A DNA stretch of 64,000 nt from Planctomycetota bacterium (GTDB lineage Bacteria > Planctomycetota > UBA1135 > UBA2386). Numbering within the stretch: the stretch's first letter is position 1; each line of letters starts with the position of its first letter. Made by a program: the position numbers and the translations under genes. The stretch lies in NCBI GenBank assembly GCA_965228735.1, contig OZ245838.1:2080001-2144000 (forward strand), written 5' to 3'. Under the pieces are notes generated by a model. The model saw only the letters and a list, made by a program, of their open reading frames with translations. It was not told the origin of the DNA and searched no databases. Shown here piece by piece: positions 28,518-40,712 of the stretch.

Positions 28518-28769
28518 CTACCCAGCCTCCGCGAGCTCCTCGAGCCGCGTGATGTGCATGATCGAGCAGTACTGCAGCTCGTCCACGAATCCAGCCTGGG
28601 TCGCAGACGGCACGCCGATGACCATGCGGTCCGACATGAGCATCGCGAGTTCCGGGTGGCGCACGTCGAGGCAGCTGCCGTCCGACATGTGGATGCGGAA
28701 GGGTTTGAACGGCCGGCGCTGGGTCAGCGCGGCGACATCTTGTGCTCGTATCACACCTTTGGGTGGCAT
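28518..28769 (-). CDS. Small hypothetical protein (PFxPFxIxMSDG...VxHPE family)
   Basis: Clear paralog of 34443-34694; promoter-like element directly upstream. Confidence 0.8.
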   Translation of the reverse strand: MPPKGVIRAQDVAALTQRRPFKPFRIHMSDGSCLDVRHPELAMLMSDRMVIGVPSATQAGFVDELQYCSIMHITRLEELAEAG

Positions 28770-28775
28770 GACCCC

Positions 28776-28813
28776 ATTGTCTTTCGGCCCGAGAGTCCGT
28801 CAATCGGCCGAAA
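28776..28813 (-). promoter_or_regulatory. Putative sigma70 promoter TTGACG-N16-GACAAT overlapped by an 8-bp inverted repeat
   Basis: -35 at 28803-28798, -10 at 28781-28776, ATG 6 nt later; inverted-repeat arms TTTCGGCC at 28782-28789 and GGCCGAAA at 28806-28813. Confidence 0.45.
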
Positions 28814-28833
28814 AAAACACCGACTCCCACCGG
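28811..28833 (-). terminator. Putative intrinsic terminator of the exporter operon
   Basis: Minus strand reads CCGGT-GGGA-GTCGG then TGTTTTTTT, immediately after the permease stop; the stem is short and has wobble pairs. Confidence 0.5.
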
Positions 28834-28835
28834 GC

Positions 28836-30104
28836 TCAGTCCGACCGCAAGGCGCGCACCGGATCCATGAGGGCCGCGCGGCGGGCCGGATACAGCCCGA
28901 ACAGCACGCCCGTCAGGCACGAGATCGCCATCGCCAGCGACACCGCCCAGGCCGTGATGACCGGCTGCCACGCGGTGAACTGCTCGATGAGGAACGCACC
29001 GCCGATGCCGAGCGCCACGCCGAGCGCGCCGCCGATCAGGGTGAGCGTGATCGTCTCGACGAGGAACTGGAACGTGATGTCCCACTGCGACGCACCGATC
29101 GCGCGGCGGATGCCGATCTCGCGCGTTCGCTCCGTCACGCTCGCGAGCATGATGTTGAGGATGCCGATGCCGCCGACGAGCAGCGAGATGCCGGCGATCA
29201 CGGGCAGGACGAGGTCGAACGTGCGTTGGGTCTGCGCGCGCTGCTGCAGCAGCTCGATCGGCACCGTCACCGTGTAGTCCTTGCGGTCGTGGAACGTCTC
29301 GAGGATCGCGTGGATCGCGCGCGCCATCGCCGGCACGTTCTGCTCCTCGTCGACGCGGCAGACGATCTGGTGCAGCTCCACGCGCGACGCCTCGCGCGAG
29401 CCCTCGTCGTTCTTGTAGTTGGTGAAGCCGAGACGGTCCGTGACGGTCTCGAACGGCACGTAGACCTCGAGCGCGCGGTCGTCGATGCCGAGGATCTCGC
29501 GGTCGGGGTTCTTCGTCGTGAAGTCCGGCAGCACGCCGACGACGCGGTAGAACTCGGATCCGATCTTGAGGTCGAGCTCGAGCGGATCCCCGAGGTACTT
29601 GGCCTCGTGGATCACGCGCGCCCGCACGACGCAGACCCGCGCGCGCGACCGCGCGTCGACCTCCGTGAGAACCCGGCCGTGGATCGGCGTCATGTTGAGG
29701 TTCTCGAAGTAGTCCGTGGTGACGCCGTGGATCTTGGCCTCGACGCGCCGACCGCGGAACCAGATCCAGTCCTCGACGTCGTGCACGGGCAGCGCGGCGA
29801 CGACGGGACGGAGCGTCGCCTGGATCTGCTTCAGATCCTCGAACGTGAGCCCGTACTCGAGCACGTAGCTGCCCTTGGCCTTCGTCGCATCCTCCTCGGC
29901 CGGCGGCTTCTGCGCGTTGATGATGATGTTCGTCGTGCCGAGCTCCTCGATCTGCGCGAGGATCTGGCGCCGCGCGCCCTCGCCGGCCGACACCATCGAG
30001 ACGACCGATGCGATGCCGAAGATGATCCCGAGCGCGGTCAGCAAGGACCGCAGCTTGTGGCGGCGCAGGTTGCGCAGGGCTTCGACGATCAGTTCACCGA
30101 ACAT
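28836..30104 (-). CDS. MacB/FtsX-family ABC transporter permease
   Basis: Motifs LRSLLTALGIIFGIASVV and ISLLVGGIGILNIMLASVTERTREIGIRRAIGA. Confidence 0.93.
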   Translation of the reverse strand: MFGELIVEALRNLRRHKLRSLLTALGIIFGIASVVSMVSAGEGARRQILAQIEELGTTNIIINAQKPPAEEDATKAKGSYVLEYGLTFEDLKQIQATLRPVVAALPVHDVEDWIWFRGRRVEAKIHGVTTDYFENLNMTPIHGRVLTEVDARSRARVCVVRARVIHEAKYLGDPLELDLKIGSEFYRVVGVLPDFTTKNPDREILGIDDRALEVYVPFETVTDRLGFTNYKNDEGSREASRVELHQIVCRVDEEQNVPAMARAIHAILETFHDRKDYTVTVPIELLQQRAQTQRTFDLVLPVIAGISLLVGGIGILNIMLASVTERTREIGIRRAIGASQWDITFQFLVETITLTLIGGALGVALGIGGAFLIEQFTAWQPVITAWAVSLAMAISCLTGVLFGLYPARRAALMDPVRALRSD

Positions 30105-30832
30105 GCACCCTCCTCGGCCGCGCCGGCCGACGCCGCGCTCACCCCGTCACCGTCGACGGCGGCGACCTGGCCGTCGCGCAGCGTGATCCGCCGCTGTGCG
30201 ACCGCCGCGACGCCCGGGTCGTGCGTGATCATCACGATCGTGCGGCCGCCGTCGTGCAACTCGACGAACAGCTCCATGATCGCCTTGCTCGTGCGACTGT
30301 CGAGGTTGCCCGTCGGCTCGTCGGCGAGGATCAGCGCCGGGTCGTTCACGAGCGCGCGCGCGACCGCCGTGCGCTGACACTCACCGCCCGAGAGCATCGT
30401 TGGCAGGTGGTCGAAGCGGTGGCCGAGGCCGACCCGTTCGATGAGCTCGCGCGACCGCGCGCGGCGCGCCTTGCGCGGCACGCGGGCATACAGCAGCGGC
30501 AGCTCGACGTTCTCCTGCACGGTCAGATGCGACACGAGCTGGAAGGACTGGAACACGAAGCCGATGCGCGTCTTGCGCACGCGCGAGAGCGCGAAGTCGT
30601 CGAGCGTCGCGACGTCCTCGCCCACGAGGTGATACGACCCGCCCGTCGGCCGATCGAGACAACCCAGGATGTTCAGCAGGGTCGACTTGCCCGAACCCGA
30701 CTGCCCGACGATCGCGACGTAATCGCCGTCGCCCACCGTCAGGTCGACGCCACGCAACACGGGGACGGGGTTCTCGGTCGTGCCGTAGTCCTTCTCGATG
30801 CCATCGAGCTGCAGAACGGGCGTCGCGGTCAC
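30089..30832 (-). CDS. ABC transporter ATP-binding protein (MacB/LolD type)
   Basis: Motifs GQSGSGKSTLLNILGCLD, LSGGECQR and ILADEPTGNLD. Confidence 0.95.
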   Translation of the reverse strand: MTATPVLQLDGIEKDYGTTENPVPVLRGVDLTVGDGDYVAIVGQSGSGKSTLLNILGCLDRPTGGSYHLVGEDVATLDDFALSRVRKTRIGFVFQSFQLVSHLTVQENVELPLLYARVPRKARRARSRELIERVGLGHRFDHLPTMLSGGECQRTAVARALVNDPALILADEPTGNLDSRTSKAIMELFVELHDGGRTIVMITHDPGVAAVAQRRITLRDGQVAAVDGDGVSAASAGAAEEGACSVN

Positions 30833-32376
30833 GACTTCTGGTCCCCGGCCGCGACCTTGTCCTTCTCGGGGCCGGCCTCGCCCGTCTCGTCGTCCGCCTT
30901 CCCGTCCCCCGACCTGCCGCCCGTCTCCGGCAGCACCGGGTTGTAGAGCAGCACGTCATCGCCGGCTTCGAGTCCCGCCGTGATCTCGACGAAGTTGTCG
31001 TTCGACGGGCCGATCTCCACCTCGCGGCGCACCGGCCCCTGCTCGCCCATGATGTGACAGAACTGCGCGCCGTCCTCGGCGAACACGCTCTGCAGCGGCA
31101 CGTAGAGGCTGTCCTCGCGCGTCTCGATCTCGATCTCCGCCTTCGCGCTGATGCCGGGTCGCATCTGCTTGCCGATCTCGGCGCTCGCGATGGTGATCTC
31201 GACGTCGAACTTCTTGACGTCGCTGTTGCCGCCGTAGCGGCCCTGGTTGCCCGCGACGCTCGCGATCTTGCTCACCTTGCCCTCGAGCACGAGACCCGCG
31301 TAGGTGTCCATCGTGATGCGCGCCGTCTGGTCCGGCTTGACCTTGTCGATGTCGGCCTCGTGGACCTGCACCTTGACCTGCATGACGCGCAGGTCGGGGA
31401 TCGTCATCACCGTGTGGCCACCCCAGATCTCGCCGCCGATCTTGATGTCCTCGCGATACCACGGCTGGTGCGGGTCGCCGTACAGCACGATCCCGGGGCA
31501 CGGCGCCTTGAGCGTCATGTTCTCCAGGTCCTCCTTGCGCTCCGTGAGCTGCTTTCTCTGCGCCTGCAGCCGCTTCTCGCTCTGCGTGACGCTGACGCGC
31601 TTCTGCGCGAGCTCCGACTCCCCGCGCTTCTCCGCCGTCGTGAGCTCGCGCCGGCTGTCCTCGACCTTGACCCGCAGGTCGACGAGCTTCATCGGGTGCG
31701 TGTACTTCTCGAAGATCCGCATGTCGAGCTCGGCGCCTTCCTTCTGCACCGTCGCCCGCTCGAACTGGATCTGGTGGTCCTCGAGCTCGGACTTCTTGAT
31801 GAAGTTCTCGGCCAGCAGCTTCTTGCTGTCCGCGAGGTTCTTCTGCTTGCGGTTGAACTCGGTCTCGGCGTCCTTGATCGCCACCTGCAGCTTCTTGCGT
31901 TCCTGTGGCGCCTCGCCGTCGCGGTACTTCTCGAGCTCCTTCTCCGCGCGGTCGACGGCGGCCTTCGCCTTCGCGATCGCGGCGACCGTCTCGACCTCCT
32001 TGATCTCGAGCTCGGTCTTGGCCGCCTTGAGCGCCGCGTCCGACTCGAGCACCTCGAGCTCGAGCGTCTCGATCTTCGACTCGATCTCGGTCGGGTCGAG
32101 CTTGCAGATCACCGCGCCCTCCTCGACCTTGGTCCCCTCCTCCACGAGGAACGTGATCTTGCCGCGGCCGCGGATCTTCGGCGTCACCTTCTGCGACTCC
32201 TTCGCGACCATCGTGCCGTTCTCGGTCAGCGTGATGCGCAGGTCGCCGCGCGCGACCTCGAACAGCTCCCCGGGCTTGCTCGCCTCAGTCGCCTCGACGT
32301 CCGACGCGACGCTCCACCACCAGCCGCCGCCGCCACCGAGCACCGCGAGAACCCCTGCCGTCAGCTTGATGTTCAT
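30829..32376 (-). CDS. Efflux periplasmic adaptor / membrane fusion protein (HlyD/MacA family)
   Basis: N-terminal TM segment, lipoyl half-motifs, long coiled coil, LKAPCPG and VHEADIDKV; ATGA overlap with the TolC-like gene. Confidence 0.9.
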   Translation of the reverse strand: MNIKLTAGVLAVLGGGGGWWWSVASDVEATEASKPGELFEVARGDLRITLTENGTMVAKESQKVTPKIRGRGKITFLVEEGTKVEEGAVICKLDPTEIESKIETLELEVLESDAALKAAKTELEIKEVETVAAIAKAKAAVDRAEKELEKYRDGEAPQERKKLQVAIKDAETEFNRKQKNLADSKKLLAENFIKKSELEDHQIQFERATVQKEGAELDMRIFEKYTHPMKLVDLRVKVEDSRRELTTAEKRGESELAQKRVSVTQSEKRLQAQRKQLTERKEDLENMTLKAPCPGIVLYGDPHQPWYREDIKIGGEIWGGHTVMTIPDLRVMQVKVQVHEADIDKVKPDQTARITMDTYAGLVLEGKVSKIASVAGNQGRYGGNSDVKKFDVEITIASAEIGKQMRPGISAKAEIEIETREDSLYVPLQSVFAEDGAQFCHIMGEQGPVRREVEIGPSNDNFVEITAGLEAGDDVLLYNPVLPETGGRSGDGKADDETGEAGPEKDKVAAGDQKS

Positions 32377-34220
32377 TGCCACCTTCCCTGGTCGTCGATG
32401 AAGAACAGCCCCATGTCACGCAACAGCGAGAGCCGGGCGATGAAGTGGTCGACCTTGAGCCGGATGAGCGCGTTCTTGTTGTTCACGAGCGCCTGGCGCG
32501 CTTCGAGCAGGTCGCGGTTGTCGAGCGACCCCGACTCGTAGCGGATCTCGGTGACCGTGACCGCGGCGCGTTCCTGTTCGATCTGGCCTTCCTGCAGCAC
32601 GATCCGCTCCTCGATCGTCCGCAGCTGGCGTAGCGCGTCGCGGATGTCGAGCGCGAGCTGGTCGTAGCGCAGCGACAGTGCGCGCTTGCTCTGCTCGAGC
32701 CGGATCTGGGTGAGCCGATAGCTGTTGCGCTCCGGCTTGCGCTGCAGTGGGACCTCGAACTCCAGCCCGATCGACGAGTTCCAGGTATCGGGACCGAACT
32801 GGTCCTCGCCCGTCCCGCCACCCGTGAGCCCGTAGCTCGCGGTGAAGTCGAGGTCCGGCAACAGCGCGTTGGCCGCGATCGTCAGCTGGCGTTCGGCGTC
32901 CTCGACCTGCTGCCGCTGCGTGATGATGTCGAGCCGGTTATGCCGCGCCGCGGCGACCGCCGAATCGAGCTCGAGCCGCACCGGTTCGAACGGCGGCTCC
33001 GCGTCCGCGATGACGATCGCGTCGGTCGTCGGCAGGCCGAGCAGGATCTTGAACTCGTCGACCGCGCGGTCGTAGGCCGCGCGCGCGCTGATCAACTGGT
33101 CCTTCGCCGTGATCTCACGACGCCGCGCGCGAAACACCTCGGCCTCGGTGTTGCGATCCATCTGGTAGAGCGCTTCCGACTTGCGCCGGTCGAACACCGC
33201 GCCCTGGTAGTTGGCGTCCTCGATCGTCAGCGACTGCCGCTGGCTCACGAGGTTGAAGTAGGTCCGCGCGATCGTGATCGAGAAGTTCTCGCGGAACAGC
33301 TGGAAGTCGCGGATCGAGTACACGAACGACCGTTCGGCCTGCGTCAGCGGCTCGTGCGACGGGATGTAGCCCGCGCCGCGCAGCAGCGGCTGCCGCAGCG
33401 ACGCGCTGACCGAGCTGCCGTAGTTGTCGAGCAGGCCCTGCGAGCCGTACGGCCACACCGCGTTGGCCGACGACGTGAGCGCGAGCGTGCCGCCGGTCGG
33501 CAGGATCTGACTGACGCCGAGGCTCGCCGCGACCTCGCTCTGCGCCACGCCGTCCTCGGCGTCGGAAACGAGCGTGCGGATCGCCGAGTTGAACTGCGGC
33601 CCGAAGTTGAACCGCGCGAGCGACAGCGACAGACCCGCGGAGTACAGCTGTTCGCGTTGGGTCAGGTACTGGCGGTTGTGCTGCACCGCGGTGCGCAGCG
33701 CGCGCTCGAGATCGTAGGTCTCCGCGGCCTGCACCGCGGCCTCGGGCACGCCGGCCGCGCGACGCAGGACGCGGTCGGGCAATTCACCCGACCCATCCCC
33801 GGCCGACTCGACCGGCGGATCGACGGCCTCACCGGTCTCGCTCTCCTGCCCCGCCGCCTCCCCCCTGGCGGGCGCCTGCTGCGCGGTGTCGTCCGGCGCC
33901 TTGATCTCGTCGGCGCCCGGCGGCCGGATCCCCGGCTGCTCGATCGGCGGCGCGGCCTCGGGCGGCGGCAGCTTGTCGGGGTAGAGCGCGCGCTGCCGGC
34001 GGTCGCCGAGCGTGCGGTCGATGCCATCGTCGAGGATCGAACCGACCTCGCGATCGGCATCAGCGACCCAATACGTGGTCGAACAGCCGGCCGTCATCAC
34101 CGCGGCGACAGCGGCGATGGCGACCGACAGGTGTCGGAGACCTGGAGTTGGCATCAGGGGCAGGGCCCGGTCAGACGCCCGGACACTCGATTCCCATGGA
34201 CGTAGGGCCGGACGGCTCAT
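32373..34220 (-). CDS. TolC-family outer-membrane channel (probable lipoprotein)
   Basis: Lipobox-like MTAGC, repeated outer-membrane efflux helices (LLPDLDF, RYESG...DLLEARQAL); heads the MFP-ABC operon. The true start may be ATG 34154. Confidence 0.85.
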   Translation of the reverse strand: MSRPALRPWESSVRASDRALPLMPTPGLRHLSVAIAAVAAVMTAGCSTTYWVADADREVGSILDDGIDRTLGDRRQRALYPDKLPPPEAAPPIEQPGIRPPGADEIKAPDDTAQQAPARGEAAGQESETGEAVDPPVESAGDGSGELPDRVLRRAAGVPEAAVQAAETYDLERALRTAVQHNRQYLTQREQLYSAGLSLSLARFNFGPQFNSAIRTLVSDAEDGVAQSEVAASLGVSQILPTGGTLALTSSANAVWPYGSQGLLDNYGSSVSASLRQPLLRGAGYIPSHEPLTQAERSFVYSIRDFQLFRENFSITIARTYFNLVSQRQSLTIEDANYQGAVFDRRKSEALYQMDRNTEAEVFRARRREITAKDQLISARAAYDRAVDEFKILLGLPTTDAIVIADAEPPFEPVRLELDSAVAAARHNRLDIITQRQQVEDAERQLTIAANALLPDLDFTASYGLTGGGTGEDQFGPDTWNSSIGLEFEVPLQRKPERNSYRLTQIRLEQSKRALSLRYDQLALDIRDALRQLRTIEERIVLQEGQIEQERAAVTVTEIRYESGSLDNRDLLEARQALVNNKNALIRLKVDHFIARLSLLRDMGLFFIDDQGRWQ

Positions 34221-34442
34221 TCCCGAGAATCCCGATTCAGAGGGGTGGGATGTCGGGTAGGAGCCGGGCCCGGCCTGCGCCGTAAGGGATGATTGTTCAA
34301 CGTTCTGAAGCGTCGAACGGTTGGGTTCCCCTCCCGGTTTCGCGTCAGGAAGTTGTCAAGATCAAGAGCACCCCCGACGACGATCAGCCGCGACACCGAG
34401 TCCTGACCGAACTGGCCGCCGACACCACGCCGGCGATGCCCT

Positions 34443-34694
34443 TCAGCCCGCGTCCGCCAACGGCTCGAGTCGGCTGATGTGCATGATCGCGCACAGGTGG
34501 ATGTTCTGCATCACCCCAGGGCGGCGCTCTGACGGCACACCGACCTGCACGGTCCGCACCGAGACCATGACCTGCTCGGGGTGGCTGACCTCGTATTGGC
34601 TGCCATCGGACATGTAGATCCGGAACGGCACGAACGGCCGCCGCCGAACGAGCTCCAGCACATCTTCGGGACGAAACATCGCTTCATCAGTCAT
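34443..34694 (-). CDS. Small hypothetical protein (PFxPFxIxMSDG...VxHPE family)
   Basis: [23 protein letters not shown]...[10 protein letters not shown]; paralog of 28518-28769. Confidence 0.8.
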   Translation of the reverse strand: MTDEAMFRPEDVLELVRRRPFVPFRIYMSDGSQYEVSHPEQVMVSVRTVQVGVPSERRPGVMQNIHLCAIMHISRLEPLADAG

Positions 34695-34730
34695 GGCTCG
34701 ACCTATCTCGCCAGTCTATCCGAGATTCTC

Positions 34731-36797
<2,067 letters not shown>

Positions 36798-36842
36798 GGC
36801 TCCGGTTTACGACATGGCGGGCGCGGCGCATACTCCTCCGCG

Positions 36843-39098
36843 ATGCGCAAACTGCTCGCCGCCGCTCTGCTCTGCAGCCTCGCTCCGGTCGCGCTCGTCA
36901 CGGCCCAGGAGGTGCCCGCGCCCGAACGGTATGCCGCGGCCAAGGCCGTGATCGAGCAGGCGATCGAGAACGGCGAAACGCCGTCGATCGCCGTCGCCGT
37001 GCTCGACGACGGCAAGATCGTCTGGGCCGAGGGTTTCGGCCTCGCCGACGTCGAAGCCAAGACGAAGGCGACGCCCGACACGATCTATCGGCTCGCGTCG
37101 ATCAGCAAGCCGTTCACGGCAACCGCGATCATGCAGCTCGTCGAGCGCGGACTCGTCGATCTCGACCGGCCGGTGAACGAGTACCTGGCCAAGGACGCGC
37201 AACTGCGCGCGTATCGCGGCACGGCCGATCAGATCACGGTGCGGCGCCTGCTCAACCACACGGGCGGGCTGCCGACGCACTGGAACTTCTTCTACGAGGG
37301 TGAGACGCCGCCGAGTCGCGACGAGTCGATCCGGCAGTTCGGGTTCGCGGGATACGAGCCCGGTTCGCGGACCCAGTACAGCAACTTTGCGTTCGGGATC
37401 CTTGATCACGTGGTCGCGCGCCTTGGCGGGCAGAGCTACCGCGATTGGCTGGTGAGCGAGCTCTGCGACCCGATCGGGATGACCCACACCGACCTCGGCG
37501 TTCGCCCAGGCGCAGCGGCGCTCGCAGCGCACGGCTACCGCAAGCAAGGCGACGCGTGGCAGCAGGTGAAGGACTACGGCTTCGATCACGACGGCGCGTC
37601 GGCAGTCCGCAGTTCGGCGCTGGACCTGATGCGATTTGCGCGCCTGCAGATCAACCGGGGGCAGGTCGACGGCGCCCGCGTGCTGTCCGAAGCGGGTGCG
37701 CTCGCGATGCGAAAGAAGCGCGGCACCGCGGCGCGGAGCCGCTTCGGGATCGGCTGGAGCATCAGCGAGATCGCCGGCAATCTCGTTCTCGGCCACAGCG
37801 GCGGCATGCCTGGCGTGAGCACGCAGCTGGTCGTGTCGCCCGAGATCGGATTCGCCGCGGCAGTGCTGACCAACAGCAGCAACCGCGGCCCGACGAATCG
37901 CGTGCTGCGCGCGATCCGTGAGGCGCGCTTCGGAAAGGCCGGAACGCCAAGCGACCCGGCGACCCCGGACAGAACGCGACTCCCGATCAGCGGCAAGTAC
38001 CGCGGCCATGTCGCACATCCCGACGGTCCGATCTCGATCAGCATTGCGTTGGATGCCGGCGGGACCTCGAGCTATGCGGGAAGCCGCCGCGCCATGGGCA
38101 CGTTCGCCGGCAAGAACCGCCGCTTCGAACTGGAGGCGGTCGACAAGAGCGTGTCGCTCGTGACCAACGAGCGGCTGACGCTCGGCCACGCCGAACCGCT
38201 CGACGCGCGACTGCGCTTTGACCTCCGGATCGAGGACGACGGCCTCCGCGGCGTCTGCTACGCGCAGGCTGACAGCATCTGCCAGGTGCCGCTCTGGGTC
38301 GAACTCGCGCCGGTGCCGCCGCGGCCGAGCAACGCCCTGCGCGTCATCTCCTACAACGTCCTCGTCGGTTTCCAGGACAGCTCGATCGGCCGCTTCCTCC
38401 CGGGCTGCCAACGCGAGGCGCGCATCAGCGCATGGCTCGCGGCGCAACGCCCGGACGTCGTCGCGTTCCAGGAGATGAACGGCTTCGACGAAGAACGGCT
38501 GAAGGAGCTCGCGCGCGCCTGGGGTCACGAGCACGTCGCCCTGCTCAAGGAGGACGGCTACCCGGTCGCGCTCACGTCGAACGAGAAGATCCAGGTCATC
38601 GCCCGCCACCGCCAGAACCTGCACCACGGGCTGCTGCACGCGCGCACCCACGACGTCGACTTCATCGTCGTCCACTTCGCGCCGATGCCCGGCGTCCCGC
38701 GCAAGGTGCTCGAGGTCGCCGCGGCGCTCAAGTGTTACCGACTCGCGACGAGCGTCGATCACGACGCGATCGTGCTCGGCGACTTCAACTCGCTCGCGCC
38801 GCACGACGTCGATCGCTTCTCCGCCGCGGCGACCGAGCGCTACCGCAAGTGGCAGTACCTGATGCACGACGGCAAGCCCGCCGAGATCGCCATGGGACCG
38901 CTGCTTTCGGCCGGCGCCATCGACGTCGTGCACGACCAGCGGGCGCTGCCCGACGAACTGCCGCTGCCGCGCATCGACTTCATCCTGAGCAGCCCGGACC
39001 TCGCGGCCGAGTGCATGGGCGCCCGTTGGTTGGCCGACCCCGCGATGCTGCGGCTGTCCGACCACCCGGCCGTGGTCGCGGACTTCCGCCGCCGCTGA
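36843..39098 (+). CDS. Secreted serine hydrolase (beta-lactamase/class C-like) fused to an EEP endonuclease/exonuclease/phosphatase domain
   Basis: Signal peptide; SxxK (LASISKPF), LLNHTGG, YSN and HSGG; C-terminal [25 protein letters not shown] and SDH. Confidence 0.87.
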   Translation: MRKLLAAALLCSLAPVALVTAQEVPAPERYAAAKAVIEQAIENGETPSIAVAVLDDGKIVWAEGFGLADVEAKTKATPDTIYRLASISKPFTATAIMQLVERGLVDLDRPVNEYLAKDAQLRAYRGTADQITVRRLLNHTGGLPTHWNFFYEGETPPSRDESIRQFGFAGYEPGSRTQYSNFAFGILDHVVARLGGQSYRDWLVSELCDPIGMTHTDLGVRPGAAALAAHGYRKQGDAWQQVKDYGFDHDGASAVRSSALDLMRFARLQINRGQVDGARVLSEAGALAMRKKRGTAARSRFGIGWSISEIAGNLVLGHSGGMPGVSTQLVVSPEIGFAAAVLTNSSNRGPTNRVLRAIREARFGKAGTPSDPATPDRTRLPISGKYRGHVAHPDGPISISIALDAGGTSSYAGSRRAMGTFAGKNRRFELEAVDKSVSLVTNERLTLGHAEPLDARLRFDLRIEDDGLRGVCYAQADSICQVPLWVELAPVPPRPSNALRVISYNVLVGFQDSSIGRFLPGCQREARISAWLAAQRPDVVAFQEMNGFDEERLKELARAWGHEHVALLKEDGYPVALTSNEKIQVIARHRQNLHHGLLHARTHDVDFIVVHFAPMPGVPRKVLEVAAALKCYRLATSVDHDAIVLGDFNSLAPHDVDRFSAAATERYRKWQYLMHDGKPAEIAMGPLLSAGAIDVVHDQRALPDELPLPRIDFILSSPDLAAECMGARWLADPAMLRLSDHPAVVADFRRR

Positions 39099-39280
39099 GC
39101 CGCCCCCCGGGCGCCGCCCCGGGGCGCCGAATCACGCCGAACCGAACCGCGGGCGGCCGCCCGCCGTTGCGCCCGTAGGGCCATCGGCTTACCGTGCTTC
39201 ATCCCTCTGCGGGCCCCCGCTTCCCTGGTCCACCAACTCCGGGGCCCTCGCAACCCCCTCATCTACAGGCAGGTCTGACC

Positions 39281-40645
39281 TTGGCGCGCCGTTCCTCCGC
39301 AGCCCGTTCCTCTCGTTCCCGGACCACCGGCGGCCGCTCGGCCGGCACTCGTTCGGCGGGCTCGCGTGCTGGTCGCGGGCGGCAGTCCGGCGAAATGCGC
39401 GTCAGCCCCGACGGCAAGGTCGACGCGCCGTGCCCGCAGTGCGGGACGAAGTATCGGGTGAGCGTCGAGGTCCTCGACGATCCGCTCGAGTGCCAGGCGT
39501 GCCACCGCGTGTTCATTCCGAAGACGACGGCGGGCAAGCGCGGCAAGCAGCAGGACAACACCAAGGTCTACGTCGGGTTCGGCATCGGCGCGCTGTTCAT
39601 CGTGATCACGTTCGTGCTCATGTCGGGCGGCAGCAGCGAACCGAAGAAGGCACCCCCGCCGGTGCAGAACGCGCCGCGCAACCCCTACACCAAGAGCAGT
39701 CACCCGCGCGCGCAGCAGATCGCGGCGTGGGCGGCCGCGTTCCACGGCCCGGCGCCCGACCGCCTCACGATCTCGCAGCGCAGCGACCTGCAGGCGCTCG
39801 CGACGATGATCGAGATGCCGGACGCCGGCACCGCGGCCAACCAGGAGATCGTCGCGGCGCTGCTGAAGCACCCGAGCACGCAGTGGCTGCGCGACATCAA
39901 GTGCGAGACGGCCGAGCTCATGTCCGACGACATGATGAAGACGGCGACCGGCAACGCGCTCGTCTACCTCGTGCCCGAGCCCGGCAACAAGGACTACGAG
40001 AACAACGACCGCGCCGAGCTCGACGTGACGTTCACGGCCAACGGCGACGACGTGCAGGTCACCGGCTGGACGATCGCGCGGCACATCATCCGCAAGACGC
40101 CCGACCCGAACCGCAAGCGCGTCGCGGTCAACAAGAACATCAAGGTCGCCGAAGAGACCCAGATCACGGACAGCGCGGGCACCCGCAAGGTGCTCGAGTC
40201 CGAGCCGGGCCCGATGCCGCACCGCGAGGGCACCGATGCCGCGCTCAAGGCCAAGGTCGACGAGGTCATCGCCGGCGTGCTGCGCAGCGCCGACCCCGAC
40301 GGCCCGCCGCTGGCGCGCTTCACCCTCAAGCTGCGCACGCTCGAGGAGCGCAAGGCCGGCGTCAATCGCGGCCTGAATGCGATGTACGAGCTCTACGGCG
40401 ACGTCAACGGCAACAAGATGAAGCTGAGCCAGCTCGATCGCGCGCTGCGCGACTGGACCGGCTACGCCGTCAACTTCCAGATCCGCGACTCGGAGGACCC
40501 GGCCCGCGACAAGAAGGAGCGCGAATCCTGCGTGCGCCAGTGGTTCGGCTTCTGGTGGCGCTTCTCCGAGAGCGGCCTCGAGGACTTCTTCGACATGAGC
40601 GAGAACCTCGAGGACGACGAAGGCGAGGGCGACAAGGGCAAGTAG
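39281..40645 (+). CDS. Zinc-ribbon, single-TM hypothetical protein
   Basis: CPQC...CQAC ribbon, TM segment VYVGFGIGALFIVITFVLM, large soluble C-terminus; strong codon bias. Start uncertain (TTG 39281 or ATG 39395). Confidence 0.75.
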   Translation: MARRSSAARSSRSRTTGGRSAGTRSAGSRAGRGRQSGEMRVSPDGKVDAPCPQCGTKYRVSVEVLDDPLECQACHRVFIPKTTAGKRGKQQDNTKVYVGFGIGALFIVITFVLMSGGSSEPKKAPPPVQNAPRNPYTKSSHPRAQQIAAWAAAFHGPAPDRLTISQRSDLQALATMIEMPDAGTAANQEIVAALLKHPSTQWLRDIKCETAELMSDDMMKTATGNALVYLVPEPGNKDYENNDRAELDVTFTANGDDVQVTGWTIARHIIRKTPDPNRKRVAVNKNIKVAEETQITDSAGTRKVLESEPGPMPHREGTDAALKAKVDEVIAGVLRSADPDGPPLARFTLKLRTLEERKAGVNRGLNAMYELYGDVNGNKMKLSQLDRALRDWTGYAVNFQIRDSEDPARDKKERESCVRQWFGFWWRFSESGLEDFFDMSENLEDDEGEGDKGK

Positions 40646-40712
40646 CCGCGCCGCCGCCAGCCGACGACCTCCACTCCGAACCCCTCCGTCTCCCCGCCCC
40701 CTCTCCCACGGA

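Noticed and set aside
34221..34442. Possible ncRNA or riboswitch in the intergenic region upstream of the TolC gene
   Set aside because: No recognisable conserved motif or convincing structure by eye; an Rfam scan would be needed.
28518..34694. Composite transposon flanked by direct repeats
   Set aside because: The flanking paralogs are diverged protein genes; no transposase, terminal inverted repeats or target-site duplication seen.
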